Assembly: GCF_009914755.1 (NCBI RefSeq)
Contig: NC_060929.1
DNA from: the human T2T-CHM13v2.0 reference genome, Homo sapiens
Reading direction: 5' to 3' (one strand)
Length of the DNA: 64,000 nucleotides
The notes beneath the pieces are model-generated. The model searched no databases. It was not told the origin of the DNA and was given only the letters and a program-made list of their open reading frames with translations. The translations under genes and the position numbers were made by a program. Position 1 is the first letter of the stretch, and each line of letters begins with the position of its first letter. Below are positions 1 to 15,021 of the stretch, piece after piece.

Positions 1-888
1 CATATTTTGTAAGTGTTTATATAAGAAAAATGGAAATAAACACAATAGCAACGCCATCATGAAACATACCACAGGATACGAAGATTTAACCCTACTTTTT
101 TTTAAGACAGAGGAACACATACAAATGGATCAGGCAGGTAGTACACAAAAGAGCATACTGTATAATATGTAGAAAAAAATTGGGACTGGGAACACTAGAA
201 AAGGGTGGTGGAAGCACATATGGTGACTGAATGTAACAATACTGGGAAGAGACCAAGTTCTTTTAAATCAATAAAAACGTTTCATCTGGCAAAAGGACAC
301 AAATTCTCAGTCAGAAATAGCAGCACTGAATTAACTCGGGCATACCACATTGGGCATCATTGTATCATTCCCTTATTGATCTATGAAAGGGAATCAGAGG
401 TTGCAGCTAAATTATCTGAGGGTAAACAAAAGGAAAGATTTTGATAACGCATGAATTAGCCCTTTACAGTGAAGAATTGATTGTGTCAGATCTTACCAAG
501 TATCATGCTTTCTATAGTATACCAAGTGATACATCAGATCACAGCAATAACAAAAATGTTTCCCTTAGCTTTTAGATACTCTGATTTGAAAAATGGATTT
601 CAAATTATATTCTTGAATTATATGAAAATTGTAATACAACTTCAGAAAACATAACATAAAAAATTGCTAATACCTAGCCCAAATAAAAATTAGATTTTCT
701 GCACCTATTGCATATTCTGTAGATGGTGCAAATGTAAATGTTTGCAATTTCTATTCAATGCATAACCTTCTTACCAAATGAAATTATATTTTCTTCTAAA
801 TGTCTTACATACCTTGCACACAGCACTGCTAAAACAGGATTTGGTTTGTCTACCTGTGATGTTGAGGCTTTCATCATCCTTTTGATAA

Positions 889-1252
<364 letters not shown>

Positions 1253-1444
1253 GAGATATTTGACTTTATAGAAATTGAAGGTGATAGCCTCCTTAGGCAT
1301 GTCCCAACAAGATGACTATCATCATTGCCATCAATAACAAAAAATAAGTAATTTATTGTTCTGTTATAGCACCATATTTTTCAAAATGTGGGACAAGAGC
1401 AACGTCTTCCAATCTGAAAATGCATTGAAAATAAGAATCATTAA

Positions 1445-1812
<368 letters not shown>

Positions 1813-2370
1813 TGTTTGGTGATTTTTGAAGAGGCCATAAGGAACCTAGAAAAGGCAGAACTGACTGTATCTCCCTTTTTCAGTAGTATATGCAGGTTAT
1901 AACAAAACCTGTGTAGAAAGAAATCATTTTTTGGAAGTTAAGATTGGTTCAGTATTCAAAAAAGCCACCAGAATATTGCAGACAATTAAAAAAAAAACAG
2001 AAAAGTGTAGTCAATTAAAAAAAAAAGTTCTCCATTTCTTTACAAAAATAAAATGTATTTGGAATCCACCTTATGTGTCATGGGTTACAATTTCCACTGT
2101 GCTTTAAAATCAGTTTCCCTAAAAAAGAGAGGTTTATCCTATGTAGTTCATAGTGTAGACAAGGAAAGCTTATATGATTATGATGAATATGTAGATGGGA
2201 AACAAATGATTGAAAAATAGCTGGTCTACCAGAACAAGCTTGTAGATACAGAGGTTGAACATGTTTGAAGAGGTGAAAACCAATAATTCCTACAAGTCTA
2301 CCATCTGTAATAATTGTAAGTAAAATCCTAAATATTGTCTCTACTTCACACTGTATAGGAAAATTAATAT

Positions 2371-3966
2371 GAAACATATCAAAGACCTAATTGAAAGCTT
2401 AAGCTACAGAATTCTTAGAAGAAAACAGTGACATCTATTTATAATCTTGGATTTGGCAATGGAATATTAGATATGACATTAATGAAAAGCACAATAAAAC
2501 AACTGTGACATCAATCAAAGCACATTGAAAAAATAGGTAAGTTTGACTTCATAAATTACACCAAAGCACATTATCAAGAGTGAAAAGACATCACACAGAA
2601 TGGGATATATTTGCAAATCATATACCTGATTAGGGTCTAGTATCCAAAATATATAAAGAACACTTATAACTCAAACACAAAAGAGCAAGCAATCTAATTA
2701 AAATGGGCAAAAGATTTAAATTGATATTTTTCAGAACAAGATAACACAAGTGGCCAAAAAGCACATGAAAAGCTGTTCAACATCATTAGTCATTAGGAAA
2801 ATGCAAATCCACACAAAAATGAGATACCACTTTACATCCACTAGAATGGCTATAATAAAAAAAAATTTTTTTAACAAAAAAAAAAAACAAGTAGTTGCAA
2901 AGATGTGGAGATATTGGAACTCTTGCATATTGTTGGTGAAAATGTAACGTGGCTTAGTCACTATGGGAAAAAGTCTGGTCACTGCTCAAAAAGGTAAACC
3001 TACAATTATCATATATTCCAGCATTTCCACTCCTGGGTATATATCCAAAAGAACTGAAAATATGTATTCAGAAAAACATATATACATCTATATGGCAGTT
3101 TTATTCATGAACCAAAAAGTGGAAACAACTCACATGCCCAACAATAAGTGAATAGATAAACAAAATATGTGGTATTCACATGGAATATTATTCAATGGAA
3201 TATTATTCAGCCATAAAAAGAATAAAGTTTTGATATCTGCTACAACATAGATGAACCTCAAAAACATTATGCTGATGTTTCTTTAGTGAAAGGAATCTAA
3301 GAAGATAAAATGTCATGTGTTGTATGATTCCATTTATATGATATATCCAGCATAGGTAAATCCACAGAGACAGAAAGCAGATTAATACTGGCCAGGGCCC
3401 TGGGGAAGGGAGAATGGTGAGTGCTATGGTCTGAAAATTTGTGTCCCCCGCAAATTCATATGTTGAATTCTTAACCCCTAGAGTGATAATATTAGGTTAA
3501 GTAGTGAGCTCTTTGGGAGGTTGATTAGATCATGAAGGCAGAGCCCTCATGAATGAGATTAGTACCCCTATAAAAGAGACTGCAGAGAGCTATCTAGCCC
3601 TCCCACCATGTAAGGACACAGTTGGAAGCTACCATCCATGAGGAACAGGCCCTTACCAGATATTGAATCTGCCAGTGTCTTGATATTGTACTTCCCTGCT
3701 TCCAGAATTGTGACAAAAAAAAAAGTCTGTTGTTTATAAGCCACCCTATTAATAGTATTTTTGTCATTGGAGTCCTGACAACCTGAGACAGTGATTGACT
3801 GATTAGTAGGTACAGTGTTTTCTGTTTGGGCTGTTGAAAATATTTTGGAACTAGATAGAGATTATGATTGTGCAACATTGTAAATGGACTAAATGCTACT
3901 GAATTGTGCACATTTATAAAATAGTTAATTTTATATTATGTGAATTTTACCTCAATAAAATTTTTT
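2371..3966 (+). mobile_element. Old L1 (L1MB-like) 3' end, 5'-truncated, interrupted by MLT1A
   Basis: ORF2 C-terminal remnant (ORF 2750: KHMKSCSTSLVIRKMQI..MRYHFT), then a 3' UTR ending TGTGAATTTTACCTCAATAAAA. Possible TSD AAATTAATAT at 2361-2370 and 3967-3976. Confidence 0.85.
3422..3790 (+). mobile_element. MaLR solo LTR (MLT1A/MLT1A0-like)
   Basis: TGCTATGGTCTGAA...GTGTCCCCC start and CTGAGACA end. Flanks GTGAG/GTGAT form a near 5-bp TSD. Confidence 0.85.
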
Positions 3967-4375
3967 AAATTAATATTCTTTAAAAAATCATAAGTATCCC
4001 AAGCTCCAGTGCTTTTGTGGAGAGGATATTTAGTGTAATGTCATCACATTGGACTGACACCAGGAATCAATGGAGTGTGTACTTGACAAAAGCAGACCTG
4101 CAAGTCAAAGTGAAGGTTATGTTTATGACTATTCAGTTTTACCACTACGTAAAAGAAGCAAAACATGTCCTAAAGGCTGAAGATGGTTTAGAGGTCTAAT
4201 GTTAGAAAAGAAAACAGAAAGTAAAAATATCTTACTGTACCATATGAAGGAAAGAAACGTGTCACTGTTACCTCTTGATAAGTAAAACTAATATCTATTT
4301 AATTGGTCTTACTGTGTTTACATTATCCATTTTAAAAAACTTAAACTTATGTATCTTAATACGTAATATAGCTAC

Positions 4376-4482
4376 AGTTTCACCTTATTAGCTAGGATGG
4401 TCTCGATCTCCTGACCTCGTGATCAGCCCGCCTCGGCCTCCCAAAGTGCTGGGATTACATGTGTGAGCCACCACGCCTGGCC
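4376..4482 (-). mobile_element. Alu fragment (5' ~105 nt only; AluY/Sc-like)
   Basis: GGATGGTCTCGATCTCCTGACCTCGTGATC...GAGCCACCACGCCTGGCC. No right arm, tail or TSD. Confidence 0.85.
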
Positions 4483-5364
4483 AATATAAACATTCAATAA
4501 AGATTTGTTTAAATTGTTCAAATAAACGATTCTATCAGAACACAGAAACCTTACAAAATATTGTTGTATTAATTGACATATTATTTAATTAACCATATTA
4601 ATTTAAAATGCCACTGTTAAAATAATAGCATTTATGTAGAAAGGCTACAGAAAAGCAAATACAGAATCATATATAATTTCAAATAAACACCATCTTTTCT
4701 TATATTTATGTTAAAATAACCACATGTGTACACTCATCAATTATATATGATATATATTTTATTGGTCTGTTATGGCTGTTGCCTGAGTTGGCCTTCTAAA
4801 AAGTTGGTTACCCTATTCAGAAGGTTGTATGGAGGTAATGAATAAAGTATACTTATTTAAGGAAAATTTATACTGGAGTATTTAGGGGTAAAGACATATT
4901 ATGTTTATAGCTTGCTCAAATGGTTGAGAAAGAGACTGATGATAATGGATATTGGTACAGCTATAGATATAGATATAAATCCATCTAATACATTTTACTG
5001 TATATAAATTATACCTCAATGAAAATAAGTTTTTAAAAAATCATTGTTAAGTCCCTTTACTTGTTACACTGCCAAAATTGAGTTCTGTGTCGTTTGTTCT
5101 CTGTCATAAGCAAACATATATCTGAATGTCTTTGAAAAATAAAAAATTTTACAATGTTCTTCAAAATCAGTGGTTCTTAAAAAAAAAAAAAGTATGCTGC
5201 TAGCTTCTCTAGTTACAAAGCAAGGTCACGTATTTGGATTTAGCATTCCCACAGAGCCTGGCAATGGGTTGTTGTAGCAGTGGGTGGACAGCAAGCAAGT
5301 CTTTAGCTAAAGGAGGTGAGGAGTTCACAAGCAGGACACACGTGATAGAGGAGAAGCTAATCTG

Positions 5365-5432
5365 CTTTCCCACTGTGTGCCATTAGGCAAGTCACTTAGC
5401 ATTTCTGAGCCCCAACTTATTCTCTGCAAACA
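5365..5432 (+). mobile_element. MIR fragment
   Basis: Core-like CTGTGTGCCATTAGGCAAGTCACTTAGCATTTCTGAGCCCC. Confidence 0.6.
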
Positions 5433-6429
5433 AAATCAAAACCTATTATTCCATCCAGCTTTGGATAGTTATTTCTTTATTTTCACGAACAGGTGACATG
5501 AATATAATTATTTGACTCAGTGAATGATATAGTGAAGTTAAGACGTATTTAAAAGAGCAATATTTTCTTTATGATTCACATTGCCACGTTCTGACACACC
5601 AACAAAAAGACCAAGAGTGTGAAGGCAGAAACTACAGATGTTTGGATGTTCACGTTGGCTTATTACCAAGAAGCTAAGCCTGACTGCTTTGAAGTAAAAA
5701 GCAAACAGCAAATCTCTGGAGGCCGAAGCTGCCCCTGAGATTTCTCCAATGTGTTTGGTTCTGGCAGGGCCACTCAGCCTTCCAGAACATCCTTTTACAA
5801 CCCATTTACCCACGTTTTGAAGTGAAATTCTGAATCATTTTCTGTTCCAATCTTTCAAACAGTTCTATCTATTCTAAGTACTTTTTAATAAAACTCATGT
5901 CATGTCCTTAATTTCTCCTGAAAATTTTATAGCAAGAAAAACAGCTAAAGATATAGATATTAATAAATACAAAGTTTTATTAGGGCAAATTTATTCTTGT
6001 TTCAAAATATTTTTGTTAGCCTTATTTTTATATATTCATGAAGAACATATAATTTTAAAAAGATGCATTTGAACAATTAAGGCATATTTCAACATAGTTC
6101 TTATTGTCTTTAGAACATAATTCAAGCAGCCATCAAATCTATTCTTATTACCTAATCAACTTTGTAAAGTTGCTTTCGTTAATTCATACTGTAATTCTGT
6201 TTGAATTATTCCATAAGAATGGTGAAAGATAAATATGAAATTACTTTGATATTCATGCTAGGAATTTTATTAATTGATATTGATTTTTATTTTGTTATTA
6301 TCTAAATTATGGCTCCATGACTCAACCACACCCTCCAAAAAATGCACAGTCTTTCCTGGTTTGGGGAGTATCAGGAGACAGAGGGCATATAGAAAGGATT
6401 TCTCTCAAGAGGCTATGGACTTTCTAGGT

Positions 6430-6615
6430 CCATGTTTTTAAAATTATGTCCCGCTAAATAACTAATTCCATAAGACATTACTAGATTAAAAAAATAAAAT
6501 CATTCTGTGGTGAAATTTAGGTACTTAAGCATCCTAGATTCCCTTCTTGAAGATTCACAATACTCCTCTGTATTTTAAAGCTCTGAGAAGTTCCAAAGTG
6601 AAATAAACCAACTAT
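6430..6615 (+). mobile_element. MER103C-like hAT-Charlie fragment
   Basis: GAAGATTCACAATAC...AAAGCTCTGAGAAGTTCC...AAATAAACC resembles the recalled MER103C consensus. Confidence 0.5.
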
Positions 6616-7429
6616 CAAAATTACCTGTCAGTTTCTTTAGTTCATCTGACTTTGTCCTGGGCTCTCCCTCCCACCTCCCTTACTGTAGGTGATCCCTGTA
6701 CTCTAAACTGCATTCTGGCACAATCTGTGTTGAACATCATAGATGACTGAGGGTTGCCAAGGTGTATCCAAGACTTTACCATAGACCCCCATTGTCTATG
6801 ATTCTAGCCTCTATGGTGCTCTCTTCAAAGAAATATTAAAATCATTTGATTACCAGAACAAATTACCATTGATGCCCTCCAGCCTTTCAAATGACTACCT
6901 TGGTCTATTTCTTCCTCAATCTTCCTCTGCTGAAAAAGTAGCAGGGCAGTCTTAAAATATTCCTACATTTTACTTCAAATAATCACCACATGAGGGAAGA
7001 CACATTCTTAAAAGTAAAGCTTAATGTGAAAACTCATTAGGAGGTCAGAAAGAGTCTAGCATTGAATCAGGTTCAGTCTGATTGATGCTTTTCTAGTAAT
7101 TCTTTTAATTATTTTTCCTACCTTTATATATATATATATATAAAACTGAAGTACGTTCATGGAAATGTTTCCAGCTGGGAAGGCCATAGACTCAGGAGGA
7201 AGTCCAATTATATCTTATTTGCATTTCTTTACCTGCCTATTAAATTTTAATCACCCACTGCATCACTTTTGTGTTTTCATTTTTGTTTCTTGACACAGTG
7301 TTTGGGGTGGCAAGGAAAGAATGAAAAATTATAAATCCTAGTTTTTCAGTGAAAGAATGTGGCAGTAGTAATGGAAAAAGGAAAAGTATTCTCTACACGC
7401 ATCTCTCATGCACCTGATATGTGTTTTAC

Positions 7430-7510
7430 CCTTTAACACTTGGGAGAATCCTATGAGGTGGGTATTATCATTTCCATGTTGTAGATGAGGATTTATGCTC
7501 AGAGAGATTT
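7430..7510 (-). mobile_element. MIR fragment
   Basis: AATCCTATGAGGTGGGTATTATCATTTCCATGTTGTAGATGAGGA..GCTCAGAGAG. Confidence 0.7.
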
Positions 7511-7560
7511 TCTTAAAAAAATAAAACAGATTGATGATTATATTCTCTAAATTTTTAAAA

Positions 7561-7601
7561 TTTAGACTACATATAATGGTTTAGACTACATATAATGGTT
7601 T
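7561..7601. repeat. 19-bp perfect tandem duplication
   Basis: TTTAGACTACATATAATGG x2 followed by TTT. Confidence 0.9.
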
Positions 7602-7695
7602 GGTGAAAACATAATATTTGGATATTAAATACTTGATGTAAATAAGGTTATTATTTATTTGGAGACATATCCTTTAGATCCTTCATTTTGCCCTT

Positions 7696-7785
7696 TATAT
7701 ATCTATGTGTGTGTATATATATATATACACACACACATATATGCACATATACACTTATACATATATATATATATACACATATATA
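7696..7785. repeat. Compound (TG)/(TA)/(CA) microsatellite
   Basis: Read directly from the sequence. Confidence 0.9.
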
Positions 7786-8829
7786 AAGATTTGCATTACA
7801 TTCCAATTCTGAAATAGCATTTATATTATATTAATCATGATTTCCATAATCATTTACTTATTTCTTCTTCAAACTGATCAGTAATTTTGGTAGTGACTCC
7901 TCAGATTTTCTGAGAAGAAATTCTGATAATTTCCCTCTGATGCTTCTATTCATTTAAGTACAGTATTGTCTGTCACTCAAAAAAGCAGCAATAATCCCAG
8001 ATAGTCATGCTCTGTGCACAGTGATAAATGATCTAGCATCAAGCAGTGCTAGGTATGAGATGAGTTATATACAGATGCTTATGCCCATCACCCAACTAGC
8101 TTGATCAATAGCATTCAGTATGATACAATACAATTCCAAGTGGAAACAAACAAATAAGTGTTGAAATCGAAACCAGCTAAATTCTTGCCAACTACTTAAT
8201 TGTATTTTATGCTCAACACTTAAACACTCATACACATTTACAGGTTTACATGAGCAAATCTAAACTCTCCAGTTATAAATTCATTGATTAAGGAAGGCAC
8301 TGCTATATGTAAATCATACTGGTCTTGTTGATAAAGTCAAGTTCCAGACAACCTGTGGTATATGTCAAAATGTTTTCAAAATTAATAGTAATGATAGCAA
8401 TTTAATGAATGTTTTGCAATGGTATTTAAGAGATTGTTCCAATGAATCCCTTACTTCTTTTAATGAATTAAAATCAGTACATTTCTTTGCTAAAATTTTA
8501 GTAATCTGCTCCTCCCTTTATTAAAGGAAAGAATTTAAAACTAATTTGTCAACTGCATTTTGAGCAAAAGACGTAAACAAAAATTTTCTACCCTTGAAAG
8601 GTTTGTATTTGAAAAGACCAGTGAGTGGAATGCACTGATTCTCCATATAGACCACAGATACGCTATACCTCTTTTCTGAAAAGTGGAGAAAAAAGGAAGT
8701 GATTAGGTCTTTTAATATCTCATAAACTTATTATTTCTTCAACATGTATAAGCAGATTTCATGCCAGATCTAAAACCTATTTAGGTTTATGAAATATATC
8801 AATAAGAGCTTTCAATTATTTAGAGATAA

Positions 8830-9040
8830 TTATGTGGCCTATCCTAGGCTAAATGCTTTACATACACTAAAAAGCTGCAAGCAGTTTCGAACGGCACCTA
8901 CGAGGGAGGACCCCACTTTACAGGTTATGGAAATTGAATTCTAAAAATTTAGTAAAATGATAAAAATGCTTAAAAATGACTGGTCCAAGGAGGGTCAGAT
9001 CATATCTACTCTGCATGGAATCTCTGTACTACGCTGCCTC
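8830..9040 (-). mobile_element. MIR, degraded
   Basis: GCTAAATGCTTTACATA...CCCCACTTTACAGGTTATGGAAATTGA. Confidence 0.5.
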
Positions 9041-10097
9041 TCTGATTCTCCTTATGGTGGCTTGTAAAGTATCTGCATAACTGGCAACAATACTTTGCTT
9101 GCTGCTGCATAGACTCAATCTTCTTAAGAAATAGTGTGAGCACAGCTGTATTTGAGGCAGGGTGCTTTAGAAATACCCAGCCACCTGGAAAACCATAACA
9201 AATATGACTTGGTAATCAGCTTTTTCCCAAAGCTGTGATGTCTCACATGTCAAAAGTTGTAAGCAGTTCCTAGAGCTTTGACAAAATTACACCCAAATGA
9301 AATTTCTTCCTCACAGGGGAATCTCTAGAGCAATGAGTTGCTCTGGTGCATTTATAAACCACACTCCTGAGTGCATAGTGATTTTTCCCCCTCTCTAAAG
9401 AACCATCAGTAAATAAATCCACAGACTTTCCTAAGGGGAGTAATACAAATGCAATCCTTGCAGCCAATACTATAGTCAAGATAGTAATTATAGAAAAAAA
9501 AATCGACCTGATAATTTCACCCAAGAAATCAGACATTAGACTAGCCTAAACATTGGGATGGAACCCTTGCTAGAGGTTTATGTGTGCATGGAAATGACTG
9601 TCCTTCAGCTTCTTTTTGAGCCCCCTGCCGCTCTACTGAGTAGAGACTTCTCTAGGGAGTGGAGAAATCACGTCTAAGGCCCCTGTATGTCATTCTCTGC
9701 ATGGCTCTTGGGCACGCACCAAAGTATTGCAGGTGCCAGCTGTGCCCAAGGCTGCAGGATGCCGACCAGCAATTCTTTACTCTCACTGAAGAATAAACCT
9801 GAATTGAGCAGAAATTCAAGGAAGAAAAAAGAAAAATGACTGCCCTCCCTTTGGGGATTTTAGCTGTGGTCACAGACATCAAAAGTAACAACATGGGAAA
9901 ATCAAGCTGAATTATAGTAGAATCTATGTGGCTTTTCACCCTGTGTTTAATTTAGTCAGATGGCTCAGTAAATGATACAAACCTTTTAATGTAGCTATCT
10001 TAGTTTCAACTCCATGCATGGTACAGGAACTCTGGCTAAATTAATTATAGTTGATCACGTAATTTCTTTTCTTAAAATGTTTTCCTATACATTGAAG

Positions 10098-10270
10098 TCT
10101 AATTTCCTTAGCATTTAATCTCAGATTCTTCATTACTCCAAATAGTTTATTCACAATAATGCCTTATTTTTTTCTAGTTTCTCTAACTTCCTCAGCATTT
10201 AATTCTAGTTTCTTCATTACTCCAAATAGTTTATTCACACTAATGTTTTACTTTTTTTTAATTTCTCTAT
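10098..10270. repeat. ~84-bp diverged tandem duplication
   Basis: TTCTTCATTACTCCAAATAGTTTATTCACA occurs twice, 84 bp apart, with similar flanks. Confidence 0.85.
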
Positions 10271-10389
10271 ATTGAATGTCCGTCTCCCACACAATCTTCT
10301 CTGCCTCTCAAACCACATAGACCCTTTATTATTTCTTCTTTAAAACTCTTCTTACACATTACCGCCTCCTCCACTCCCTCTGCCTTTTA

Positions 10390-10645
10390 AAATGAATGAC
10401 ACTCTTAGCCCTTTTTGTGTTCCCATAGCACTGTGTTCCTAACTTTAATGCACTACCTAATTTATTCTCCTAGCTGTGGTTCCATTTGTTCTAGGACAGT
10501 ATCAGAGCCTTGTTCACCACTGTGTCTCAGTGTTTGTTGAAGGAATCAATTAGTAAATATGCTGTTTATAGATGTATGTCCATTACATAATATATGAAAC
10601 ATAGCAGGAATTCATTAAATATTTTGGAGTGAATGAACGAATGAT
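10390..10645 (+). mobile_element. L2 3' end fragment
   Basis: CTTGTTCACCACTGTGTCTCAGTG and a terminal ATTAAATATTTTGGAGTGAATGAACGAATGA. Confidence 0.55.
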
Positions 10646-12573
10646 TCTACTAACTTTATGAGTCCAAGTAACATCTTTATGCTGTACTTAAGATGTAAAC
10701 CAAAAGTAAAGTTGTATTTTAGGTTTATAATCAGTCCTTTTCCTTAGGATCTATTGACCCCACCTAAGTGGGAAAACTTCTCTAAGTCCTAAGAAGTGAG
10801 TAGGATGCCTTTAATTTAAATGGAATGTCCCTCTTAGGGTTCTACAGGCAAAGAATTGGTGATAAAATGTGAGTTCTCTTCCTGATACAAATACATTTCA
10901 CAGAAATAAGAAGTAAATATTCAAAGGTAAACATTGAAGAAGGGAGGATACTGGCTTTATTTAATTATAAAATGACAAATGGGAAAGAACCTTTTAAGAA
11001 AATTCTTCTCAAACTGTTGGTGAGATGCATATGTTAAAACATAAATAATTCCATCTATAAAATATTACTTCACTAAATTTGGCTTAGTGATCTGGTCAAG
11101 ATGGCCAGGATTTTTTTTCCACCTATGGGGAAAGTTGGAGGAGATAGATGAATCACAATTCATGAAATGTTGATAATTTTTGTAACTCTCAAGGGTCTAT
11201 AGTAAAATTCTCTTGGCTTTTGTATAGTTCAAAAATTTCCATAATTGCAAATTGAAAACAAAGTGATCAAGATCCAGATCTATCTATCTGTCTGTCTATC
11301 TATCTATGGAAATCTTACAGAGAAACATAAACTCAGATTATCCTTTGTCTATGGTTAAAGATCCTTATGTTCCCTAATAATTTCTCATTCCTATTTACTC
11401 TCCTTCTTTATGTTGGTTTCATTTTAAAGATATGTTGTATCAGTAGAAATTAAATTAAGTGCAATTATGTTATTTGAAATAATATTAGAGTAATACTTAG
11501 TTATTAGCATTTAATTCTAGATGCTTAATAATAAGCATTAAATATGCCTAACAATGTCTAGAACTTTGTAGGTTTTAAATAAATTATAGGTTTTTAAAGA
11601 ATTACTTATAATTATGAATTATTACTTTTTTGTTTTTATTAGTTTTATTTTTATTATTAATAATAGTTTTTAAGAATTTGTAATAATTATATATCATACA
11701 GATGAGTATGATAGATAATATGATGATACAATAATATATAATTATATATATAATTATTAACTCCAAAAATGGTTTTAAAGGATTTCTTAGAGAAGACATG
11801 AGAGTATGACATCACCATAATAAAAATTTATTTATTCATCATGTTTCTAAAAGTAGTGTGTGTCATGGTATTAATTTACTCTTAATGCATCAAAGACTGC
11901 ATTCTGATTATCTTAGCTTGTAACAAAAATTAACTTTGAAAACCATCAAGTAATCATGATAGTATTCCTTAATATGCAAATGTATACAAATTCTGTGTCA
12001 TTCACATGATGTTAGATTCACCTAAAGGCAAGATCTCTTTATCATGATTTCTCAATTATTTAGGGGATAAAGAGGTAACATTTTGCATGACTTTCACAAA
12101 CCACAGAAATTTGAAAATATGAAAATTATAGAATAATTCACAGCAGTTTTTAAAATGTATTCACAACACTAAATTGATTACATTAGAAAATAGATAATTT
12201 AACTCCTACATAAATTATTCAACTGAGTATGAAATCACAATATTTCTGAAGTAAAGACATAGCAGGCATAATGCTGATCATGTTCATTGTTCTTTACAAA
12301 ACATGGAATTTTCTTATGCTAAGATAGTTTTAAAATATTTCAGTTTATCTGTGTATTTTCAGAATAAATTCTTTACATGAAAGAGATGTAGAAAAACAGG
12401 AAATAGATAAAACTAATGAAACATTCAAAAAAGAGGGGGTTAAAAACCCTCAAGATAATTGGTATCTAGTGAAAGAAGATTCTGGTGAACTAGAATTGCA
12501 CAACTTTCCTGAAAGTGAAATGGGTTCCTCATATAGACCTTGCTTCAGCATTGGGAAAATTTCTTTTCCATTA

Positions 12574-12975
12574 CAATCATGTGTTGCTTAGCAAAGAGAA
12601 TACATTCTGAGAAATGCATAGTTAGGTGATTTCCTTGTTGTGTAAACATCATAGAATATATTCACACAAACCTTAGGATATAGCCTGATATACACCTAAG
12701 CTATTTGGCATAGCGTACTGCTCCTAGGCTACAAAACTGAACAACATGTTACTGTAGTGAATACTGTAGGCAACTGTAACACAATGGTAACTATCTATCT
12801 AAACATAGATAACCATAGAAAAGGTACAGTAAAATTACAATATAAAAAATACAAAATGATATACATATATAGGTAGCTCCGTTATAATAGAGCAAATCCA
12901 TTATAATCTTATGGAACCACTATTATATATGGAGGCCTGTCATTGGCCAGAATATTGTTATGCAGTACATGACTC
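12574..12975 (-). mobile_element. Tigger3a/MER7 (Tc1/mariner non-autonomous element)
   Basis: TA-CAATCATG...CATGACTC terminal inverted repeats. Internal TTCTGAGAAATGCAT..TTAGG and ATTATAATCTTATGGAACCAC. Confidence 0.85.
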
Positions 12976-13399
12976 TCCTTACTTTCATATCTTGGAGCCT
13001 ATTTCTTCTCCTAAATCCCTTGGGGATGCGTATGAATTACATGTTTGAAAGTAGATTCTCCCTGGGGACTTCAATTTTGCTATACAATTTCTGCTTGCTC
13101 ATGACTAGAAACTTAAAGATTGCTTTTGGGACTGGAAAAACAGATTTTTCAGCTCAGAAATGTGGTTTCTTTGATAACATAATGATCTCAAAATGTAGTA
13201 GGCATTTGGTCTATTTGCTTGCAGTTGGTTCGATAACCATGCATAAACTTCTTTTCTGGACTTAACAATTATGGAAACACCATCGTATTTACTGTCTTCG
13301 TTCCTTTTCCTTAAATCTTGATTCTTGGGATACAGAAGCAGCCAGACTTTTTAGTCTTGTGGAGCCTCAAATTTCTGGATCTTTCTATGTCTTTTTCTG

Positions 13400-14080
13400 T
13401 TTACACACGGGAAAATTCTTACCAAGATTCATCTGTTCTTTGTTAAAAACAACCAGGAACAGGTAAGATACATCAACATTATTGCTCTCATCTCAAAGCT
13501 ACAAGCACTGTAGCCATTTCCCTCGAAGGCACTTTAGAGCATTTTCCTTCCATGTAGCTGTAGATGACAATTTTAACAAATGTTTGGCTAAGGTCTCACA
13601 AGGTCTCAACCTGTAGCATCAGATTCTCTATAGTTGTTACGTGACCACTAGGCCAAAACCACATATTTTTAAGTCTGCTCTGTTGCACTCACTTCTGGTT
13701 TCAAATAATGTGGCACGCAGAGTTCAGTGGAGGAAACAAACTTGTTATTCTAGGTATTTTAAACATAAAGAGGAATATAGTGGAATAGGCTCTTACAAAA
13801 TCCTGTAAAGGATAAAGAAGCATGTTCTGGCCCAAGTCTCTTAGAAAACCAAAACAGTAAAGAAATGGCTCATGATGGAGCTACTTCCTCTGAGACCATT
13901 GCTGGAGCAATTTCATCGAGGTCTACAGCCACTACCACTACCCTAGTATCTTGGACCACAAGAAACTAAAGGTTAGGCAGTTGAAGCCATAATCCAAAGA
14001 ATTACCGTGTCAGAGCAAGAAACCAATGCAACCCTCACTGTTTCTTAACACTCGGGAAGCTATAAATACATGCTGGAACC
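13400..14080 (-). mobile_element. Old MaLR (MLT1-type) internal/LTR remnant
   Basis: Junction-like CACTTCTGGTTTCAAATAATGT, then CTAGGTATTTTAAACATAAAGAGGAAT..CTTACAAAATC. Highly diverged; bounds uncertain. Confidence 0.35.
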
Positions 14081-14311
14081 TGCTTCTGGAAAATTACTAC
14101 CTTACTAGCTGATGTGCATGGGGTTTCAGAGGGAATCGCCTTTCTCTAACATGCTAACATGTGTCATTCAAATTCACATTAAGGAGTTTCTTTGTACAAT
14201 TTCATTTTTACCGAGAACACTAAATCCAAGAAATAAAGAAAGCCAACTCAAAAAGATACCACGCTGGCAAAAGCCAAGGAATAAAGACGAGGTTCCCTGT
14301 AGGATGACTGC

Positions 14312-14950
14312 TGTGGGCTGCATCCTAAATATGTCCTCCAAGAGTTTTACCCCCTTGTTATTCAATCAAATGCTACTCTGGGTGCCAATTATAGAGGATT
14401 TTGTAGATGTAGTTAAGGTTGTGGTTCTTAAAATGGAGAGATTATCCTGGATTATCCAGGTAAATCCAATCTAATTCCATGAACCTTTTTTTAAAGCAGA
14501 GAAAATTCTACAGCTGGAGGCAGAAGAGATTCTGTAGAAGGGGAAGTCAGAGAGATTCAAAGCATAAAAAAGACACTACCTGCTGTATGGCTTTGAAGAT
14601 GGTGGAACAAGGCCACTCGCCAAGGTACAAGGAGCCTCTAGAAAGCTGAACAGGATGTCAGCTGACAATCAACAAGAAAACAAGGACCTCACCCTTAAGA
14701 CCACCACGTGGATCTGAATTCTGTGAACAACTTGCATGAATTTGGGAGCAAATTCATTTCCAGAACCTCCAGCAAAGGAATCCAGCCCTGGTGACACCTT
14801 GATATTGGCCTTGAGAGACTCTAAGCAGAGAACCAGCTGAGCCACTCTGCACCTAAACTTCTAACTCAGAACATTGTAAACCAATACATTTGTGTTGTTT
14901 TAAGCCACTAAATATATGTGATTTATTCTGAGTAATAGAACTTTAATATG
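14312..14950 (+). mobile_element. MaLR solo LTR (MLT1E/MLT1D-like)
   Basis: GGAGAGATTATCCTGGATTATCCAGGT, GGCTTTGAAGATGG and TTTGTGTTGTTTTAAGCCACTAAA. Confidence 0.85.
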
Positions 14951-14965
14951 CTGAGATGCCATTAA

Positions 14966-14978
14966 CACACTACACACA

Positions 14979-15019
<41 letters not shown>
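14966..15019. repeat. (CA)n microsatellite
   Basis: Read directly from the sequence. Confidence 0.95.

Positions 15020-15021
<2 letters not shown>

Noticed and set aside
11590-11760. Hydrophobic 65-aa ORF
   Set aside because: Artefact of AT-rich low-complexity sequence.
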